A stretch of 64,000 nucleotides of DNA from NCBI GenBank assembly GCA_963693365.1, contig CAVNZM010000010.1, positions 248,001 to 312,000 of the forward strand. The letters are read 5' to 3'. Source of the DNA: Amoebidium appalachense (Eukaryota > Protista > Ichthyosporea). Position numbers and translations under genes: made by a program. This document shows positions 16,004 through 64,000 of the stretch, piece after piece (the first letter of the stretch is position 1; the number at the start of each line of letters is the position of its first letter). The notes beneath the pieces were generated by a model. It ran no database searches and was not told where the DNA came from. It was given only the letters and a program-made list of their open reading frames with translations.

Positions 16004-16991
16004 AACATTAACAGCAAATTCTTATTTAGTATACTTCTACCGGGCCTGTGGCTTGGGGTGCTATTGTAAGTTATATAAAAAAGGCAAAGTTAGACGCGAT
16101 GGATATGTATGTAACACGAACTCTGAGGTGAGATTGCGAAGTAGTTTTGTGATAAGAGGTTGTGCTGGTCACACCTGCTCTATGCGCTGGTCGCAGTTTT
16201 TCTATGGCATGAATAAATCGAGAGGTGATCAATAACTCTAAACCCCTTTTTGCATCCAAGCTTCGTAGAAAGGCCAAGCATTGTGACTTGGTGTGCCATT
16301 TTTCGTAGAAGAGGATTTTCTTGTCTGCCACGGTGCTGGTGGAGCAACTGAAGACAATCACTACACGCACCCGCATGCTGTACAGAAAATTGAATAAAAG
16401 GTGAACATGCCTGTTGCGCCATAAATTCAACATTGTCTATGCACGTTAACCCACAGGAATGAAAACGTCGATCAAGCATAAGCATGCATACACGTGGTCA
16501 GGAACACGATTCCGTACTCATCCCAAATTGTAAAGGAGTGCATCAGGGCTGTGATTGCTGATGTGCTCCGTGGGACTCCGAGTCCTAAAGACTTAGAGAT
16601 GCAGCGACAGCTGGGGACTTTGTACACTTGCACCATACGGCACACACTTGGCCATGGCCGCATAGAGGTTTTGTTGTCCTGAAGTTTGCTTTTCGACACG
16701 TTTCTACATCTAGAACTTTACCATGCCCTCGCTTTTTCTGCGCACATGTCAGAGGTGCGCTCGTTGTTGTTCAGGTGGGTGTACTTACATTCTACATCAT
16801 TATGTCGACATGGCAATCGGCGCTCATGATCTCGGACGATGGACTGCGTGCAAAATGTGGCACAATGGGTTGTGTATATTTCTCTATGTGTGTGTGTGTG
16901 TGCTTGAGTGTGCCGGCATGTACGGACGTGTGTGCATGACCACACACAACACACACCATGGTAAGTGTATGCGGGTGTGCGGGCGTCGTGC

Positions 16992-17037
<46 letters not shown>

Positions 17038-17109
17038 CGTAGTAGGCCCCGCAGGGCAGTAGGGCCCGGCCACTTACGTAAGCCAGCAGGTACAAAGCCT
17101 TGGAGACTA

Positions 17110-18130
17110 TAATAACACACATATCCATATCATCTTATGCTAAACACATCAGTCAGTGCACATATCTATACTATATCCATCTAATTAGGCTGAAGATGAT
17201 TATATCTATCAGTAGTACATAAGTGCACATATATATATGGTATCTATCTGATTCACTAATAACACGCATATCCATATCTAACACATAAGCGCACTGACAT
17301 ATGATCGTACGTTTCTAATCAGGTTGATAACACACCTATATACATAACACATAAGCGCACCTATCTATATGATATCTATCTCTGAATTCCGCTGACTACG
17401 CACATATCTGTATCTAACACACAAGCGCATGCTTGAAGTTATATGATTTGGCTGAACAACACATATCATAATCAACAATATTAAAGCGCACACATCTATA
17501 TCATATCTATCTAATTAGGCTAATAATGCGCATGTCTTTATCATATCTATCTAATTAGGCAAATAACACACATAATAGTAGTATCATATCTATCTAATTA
17601 GGCGAATAACACACATAATCCTAGTATCATATCTATCTAATTAGGCGAATAACACACATAATATTAGCATCATATCTATCTAATTAGGCGAATAACACAC
17701 ATATTATTAGTATCATATCTATCTAGTTAGGCGAATAACACACATAATATTGGCATCATATCTATCTAATTAGGTGAGTTATAACACACATAATATTGGC
17801 ATCATATCTATCTAATTAGGCGAATAACACCCCACATAATATTAGTATCATATCTATCTTATTAGGCGAATAACACACATAATATTAGCATCATATCTAT
17901 AATATTAGGCGAATAACACGCATAATACTAGCATCATATCTATCTAATTAGGCGAATAACACGCATAATATTAGTATCATATCTATCTAATTAGGCGAAT
18001 AACACGCATAAGATTAGTATCATATCTATCCAGTTAGGCGAATAACACACATAATATTAGTATCATATCTATCTAATTAGGCAAATAACACACATAATAG
18101 GCGGCCTATCATATCTATCTAATAAGGCTA
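17110..18130. repeat. AT-rich 43-bp minisatellite
   Basis: Unit TATCATATCTATCTAATTAGGCGAATAACACACATAATATTAG; ~14 well-conserved copies at 17500-18130 and degenerate copies to the left. Confidence 0.97.
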
Positions 18131-18273
18131 ATTAACCACAGATTTTGTCCTCGTGACAGAGCTGCCACCAGCTTAATTCAGTATTTTAGTGTACCAGTGT
18201 ATTGGGAATGAAGCCCACCGGTGGGTTTTCCAATTTTTCCAATTTTTTTCTTTTTTTCCATTATGTGACGGTG

Positions 18274-18304
<31 letters not shown>

Positions 18305-18469
18305 GTGTGTGTGCAGGTCTTCAGCAAGCCCTACTGTAAACAGTTGAACTAGTTGGGATAAGGCAGAGAACAACTGAATCAGAATAAAGACAGAGAACGG
18401 GTAGTAAGGCACACGCGGCCAGGTTACTATTTAATGTGCTCGTTCAGAGTGATCCCCCGTACTGGGACG

Positions 18470-18790
18470 GCTTGTTTATATAGCCCCCATGTTCCGGATC
18501 ATCTGGATTGGTGGCATTGATGCCTTCGTGACTTCTGACCAGTCAGAAGTTGTGGTCGTCTTTATGTGCACACAGTGCACCAACTTGAATAACATGAAGC
18601 CAACTAAAAGGATAACTTTGTGGCAAATGATTGGTCAACACTTAAGCCCGTTTAGGTTTATACAACTGGGTCTGACTTCCCTATTGGTTCCGTTCATTTA
18701 GCTACAGATGTTGCCTTCGTAGTGGATGAGACTTGCATTCCTATCCTAGCGGTTCTCAAATTCCTATTGGTTCGTACTGACTGCACGGCC
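18470..18790 (-). promoter_or_regulatory. Minus-strand Pol II promoter-like module (or solo LTR)
   Basis: Four CCAAT boxes (plus-strand ATTGG at 18507, 18630, 18683, 18766) upstream of TATATAAA (18475-18482), plus a perfect 9-bp inverted repeat ACTTCTGAC-ca-GTCAGAAGT at 18531-18550. Confidence 0.5.
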
Positions 18791-19084
18791 ACTGCATGTT
18801 GCACACACACACACCACACACACGGCACACGGCACACACATGCATGCAAATGCACCACAGTGCACAGATGTACATATGCACCGTGATGTAGATGTTTCGT
18901 GCACGTACCGTACACACACCAAAAACTTAACGAGAAAACTTTCGAAACGACCTGTGTGTGCTTCTGCATTGCAGTTGCATTGGTCCGTGCACCTGCTCGT
19001 GTCCACAAAAATACGCAGTCACCCATATCAAAGCCGCCTATATAGCCTTCCCTGACCCTCCCCCCCCCCCCCCCCCCCCCCCCT

Positions 19085-19275
19085 CGACCCCTCTGCACCC
19101 CAGAAGTTACCCCCTCCGCACACCCCATCCACCCCTCCGCGAGTGTCAGAATTCACGAAGCAGAGGGGTTTCAAGGAAGGGTGCCAATAAAAACGATACT
19201 GCGGAGGGGTTCACAAAATATATCAAAAGTCCACTGCAGAGGGGTGCTGCCCCCCCCCCCCCCCCCCCCCCCCCC

Positions 19276-19326
<51 letters not shown>

Positions 19327-19966
19327 GGCCGGCCAGTCACCTGCATGATGTGAACTAGAGGCATTGTTCTTTACGCAAAAAGGTAAATACTTTTATAATG
19401 TGTAATAATATACGTGCATGAAAAATTAGAGGTCCTGAAGCTATTAATTACTGAGAAGGTTATTTATTATATTTGAATGAATAACTAAGATACTTCGAAG
19501 CAAAGAGACTGCGCGTTGCGTGCCCGTGCGCCTACGAAATATCTTGTCGCTAAGGTATGTCTATTTTATAGTTTAGGGTATTATGATTGGCGCGATTTGA
19601 GATTTAGAGCTGTAACCAATCAGACAAGTTGTAAAGTCAATCTTATTTGATACATGTCACGACAGATTAATGCCGGTATGGAATGACATACCGGCACATG
19701 TGCGGCCACGTGATTCATGACTTATAGTAGGCTGTGTTTCGCTTTCTAAATGCCGGTCAGTGTGACACATATCTATCAAGGAATTTTAAAATTAATTGAA
19801 CGTTGAACGCAAAAACGCTCCTTAAAAAAAGAAAACTAACACCAAATACTTCAATATTTGGCTGCATACATCCGGAGATATATGTAGATCCAGTTCGGCG
19901 GCACCACGTGTGCACGTGGCACGGCCACCGACCGGCGCCGGCTGCGCAGTAGACTACACGTGCACA

Positions 19967-20011
<45 letters not shown>

Positions 20012-20330
20012 AGGCACCCCTCTTCCCCTCAAAAGTTGCCCCTCCGCAGTGCAACATTTTCGTCCCGCCCCTCTGCTCACCCCTCTGCAAGGTTTTTTTT
20101 GGCACACGCAGAGGGGTGTGCGGAGGGGTTTTTATAGCTTTGCGGAGGGGTGGGCGGAGGGGTGTGTCCCCTCCGCAACCCCTCCGCAAAGCTATAAAAA
20201 CCCCCTCCGCACCCCCTCCGCGAAGTCATAAAACCCCTCCGCAATGTCGTTTTTTCGGCGCGGAGGGGTGACTTTGCGGAGGGGTGAATTTGACCCCTCC
20301 GCAGACGCCCCTCCGCAAAGTGCGCCACCC
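19085..20330. repeat. Cluster of GC(G/A)GAGGGG motifs with a ~114-bp palindrome; probable DNA-transposon remnant interrupted by an insertion
   Basis: >20 copies of the motif in both orientations at 19085-19250 and 20010-20330; near-perfect inverted arms 20108-20162 / 20168-20221. Confidence 0.75.
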
Positions 20331-20347
20331 CCTCCCCCCCTCCTCCT

Positions 20348-20385
<38 letters not shown>

Positions 20386-20619
20386 CCCCTCCCTCCCCTA
20401 ACCCGCCCACCCACCCACCCACCCACACACACACACACACACACAGACACAGACACACATGGGGAGGCAGTGGCATGTACATGTGTACTGAGGGCTCAGT
20501 GACTGTACAACACAACTGCAGGACTCCAGGAGCCGGGGCACCTAAACACAAACGTGCAAGTGCACACAGACACAGATACTATTCTAAAAAGGCTTCCGAG
20601 GCTCACTTTGTATTCCCCC

Positions 20620-20655
<36 letters not shown>

Positions 20656-21712
20656 CCATGGCCAGGCCCCCACCTCCCCCTCCCCCCTACCCTTTGCTCC
20701 ATACCCCATTTCTCTTTCTGCGCATATGTGCGTGATCACCATTCACACATTTAAATACACCCACACACAAACACACGTTCACCCACTCTCAGACCCACAG
20801 ACTTACACACACTACACATGCACCCAATCTCAGAGAGAGAGACACACACACACACACGTGCACACACACACACACACACACACCCACCCACCCACCCACC
20901 CACATGTACCGTAACATGCGCGCACATGCATTCCCTCCGATCAGAATCAATTTTAATTGGGCCGCCGTTATCATGCTCATTGTGAGGGTCATCTGCACTG
21001 GTGTAACGTTTGGTTTGTGGTGTGTTGCGCCTGTCTGGGGTTTAGAAAATGTTTCAAAGCTTTGCACGGACTGACACATTTTCACGACGTACACCCTCTA
21101 GCCACGCAAAGTGAGATCGCACACCACCAAGCACAGCCCACACTGTGGCAGCCAGCGCGCTTGCTAACGGGGCATTGTAGGCCCCGTTGGTACCTACCCA
21201 GCCCCCTCTAACGTTTTCAAACAAAGAAAAGTGGCAACGATAATTTTATCCGGTGTAATGGAGCCGATAAAATTGGACGATGTGATTCGGATACCGCTCG
21301 GAACAAATTTGTTCCGGACACTGATTGGTGCGTGGCTACTGGGATACAGTCTATTTATAAATTCACAAATGCATCAAATGACAACACCCCCCTTTTTTTT
21401 GGCCAACCGAACAGGGCACACACCCGAGAACCATAGTGACCAGCACCAGACTTTCACGCAGATACAATCAAGTGCCCTTCCTCAAGCTCAACTTGGCAAA
21501 GACACACTTATGTAAATGAGACACACAATCCTGCGGGTCAAACGACCAAATGTACATGGTTCGTTAACATTCCTGTAATGCGTGTTAGTTGTTTCTATTC
21601 ATCTACATTGGCGCTCGTGTTGAAAATGTGTTGTAGGAGTATAGGAAAATGCTTGTGCTAAAGACATATGTTTGACTGAAACGTGAGAACCCGCGTATAT
21701 GAACTCGCTAAC

Positions 21713-21760
<48 letters not shown>

Positions 21761-21955
21761 AAAAAAATAATAAATAAAAAGGGCCCACTGCAAACGGTCT
21801 GTGGGTGGATGGGCTCTTGTTCACCTTAACCGGATATTCCTTCCATTCTATTGTGTCGGCATTAGTGTTTTTAACACGCTCTACCATTGTGTTAGATGGA
21901 AAGAGGTAGGGGGTGGGTGTGGATGTCTAAAAGAAGCCCCTTAACCCACAAGGGG

Positions 21956-21994
<39 letters not shown>

Positions 21995-22074
21995 ATTTTT
22001 GAAGCTGCTTACATGCAAAATAAATTTAGTTGTCAAGATTTGGTCTTAAAAAATTTCTACAAAATCATGTAAAA

Positions 22075-29498
<7,424 letters not shown>

Positions 29499-30476
29499 GG
29501 ATCTTCGTTAGTCGTGTCCAAGCACGTTTCAATCGACGGTTGAGGGTAGCGAGAAAAGGGCTCAAATACAGTAGGAATAAAGCGAATTTAGATGCTTTCG
29601 TTAGCGACGAAACAGTTAAACCAAGCTATGAAGTTTATTTCTCTATCAGGTGTCCTTGCCAATCGCTTAGACGAATTCGAACCACAGACATAAGCCGTAA
29701 TCCATTCGGATTCCGTACCAGTTGCTGTTGTGCGTCCTCGTTCAGACGGTTTAGCAGCGCACTATAGTAACCGCTGCGCGCCCTCAGCATCCTATCTTAA
29801 AAGAAAAAACGGAAAAAATGGAGTAACAGAAAAATCCGAAAAATGGGTAGGTGGAAAGTTGCTCTGTGACTGCAGCTGTGACTGCCTGCTCAGCCAGTCG
29901 GGGCTTTTTTTTAACCAGCCTCGGATGGAGCGCCGTGTTCTACGCTAGCGTAAGGTCGAGAATATGATTGGTTGAAACCGTATCACTTCATCCTTTTTAT
30001 TTTAGTCAGCAGAATTCCGAAGTGTTGAACATTGAATTTTTGGAGAAAGCGATGTTATAACCAAAGGAGCTCATGTTATAGCTAGTTGTACCCGTGTTAT
30101 AAGTTTATTTACTTGCTGCTGCTACATAAGTATTCTCTGTGTGGTTCTGTGCAGCGGGGTTGAATACGCAAGCTTGAGAACTTCTTAACACACGACAGTT
30201 GCCAGGTTGCTAGGGTGGTGCTCGAGTTGTAGCCCGTCGTATCACAAACGCTCACATGATCACACACACAAAACACACACAAAACACACACACACACACA
30301 CACAAAACAACTGGGACACGAACGCACATAGACACACATACATACACACACACCGCATCGGTTTGGAGCGCCACAAATGCCAGGAAGATGCGAATTTGGT
30401 AGTGTAACAATGTCAACGGCATCCACGTCTACACGTCCATCTGAGTTTGATGCGCACACCATGCGCGTTTATTACC
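29499..30476. promoter_or_regulatory. Divergent METTL9/DOP1 intergenic promoter region
   Basis: Head-to-head ATGs ~980 bp apart; the region lacks poly(C)/(G) tracts and has CCAAT motifs (~29659, ~29967). Confidence 0.55.
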
Positions 30477-63957
<33,481 letters not shown>

Positions 63958-64000
63958 GTGGTGCCCTGCCACCCCTCCCCCCCCCCCCCCCCCCCCCCCC

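Noticed and set aside
17500-18130. CRISPR-like array
   Set aside because: Whole 43-bp units repeat with no unique spacers.

Overview
Intron-rich eukaryotic DNA, probably an opisthokont and possibly a unicellular holozoan (inferred from gene content only), saturated with poly(C)/poly(G) runs and (CA)n/(GT)n/(GA)n microsatellites. Most entries in the ORF track are repeat artefacts. Manual exon tracing gives: the 3' end of WDR6/Trm734 (+), a 4-exon PMT2/POMT2 O-mannosyltransferase (+), a single-C2H2-finger regulator (+), a 10-exon METTL9 (-) with an in-frame TGA, and a >35-exon DOP1/Dopey (+) divergent from METTL9 and running to the window end. Two unidentified spliced minus-strand candidates lie at ~10.6-13.5 kb and ~16.1-18.5 kb. 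The strongest unexplained signal is about 25 copies of three related non-coding element families. They share a GTCGAAAC-N29/30-CTGA(G/T)GATGGGCTCTG core, have fixed 3' ends fused to poly(C) and variable 5' truncation, chain between C-runs, and all lie sense to the host gene where the host is known. Introns also show an unusual grammar: poly(C) right after weak donors and (CA)n abutting the acceptor AG. Homopolymer lengths are probably unreliable (a G-run frameshift occurs in DOP1), and all family assignments are by eye without database searches.
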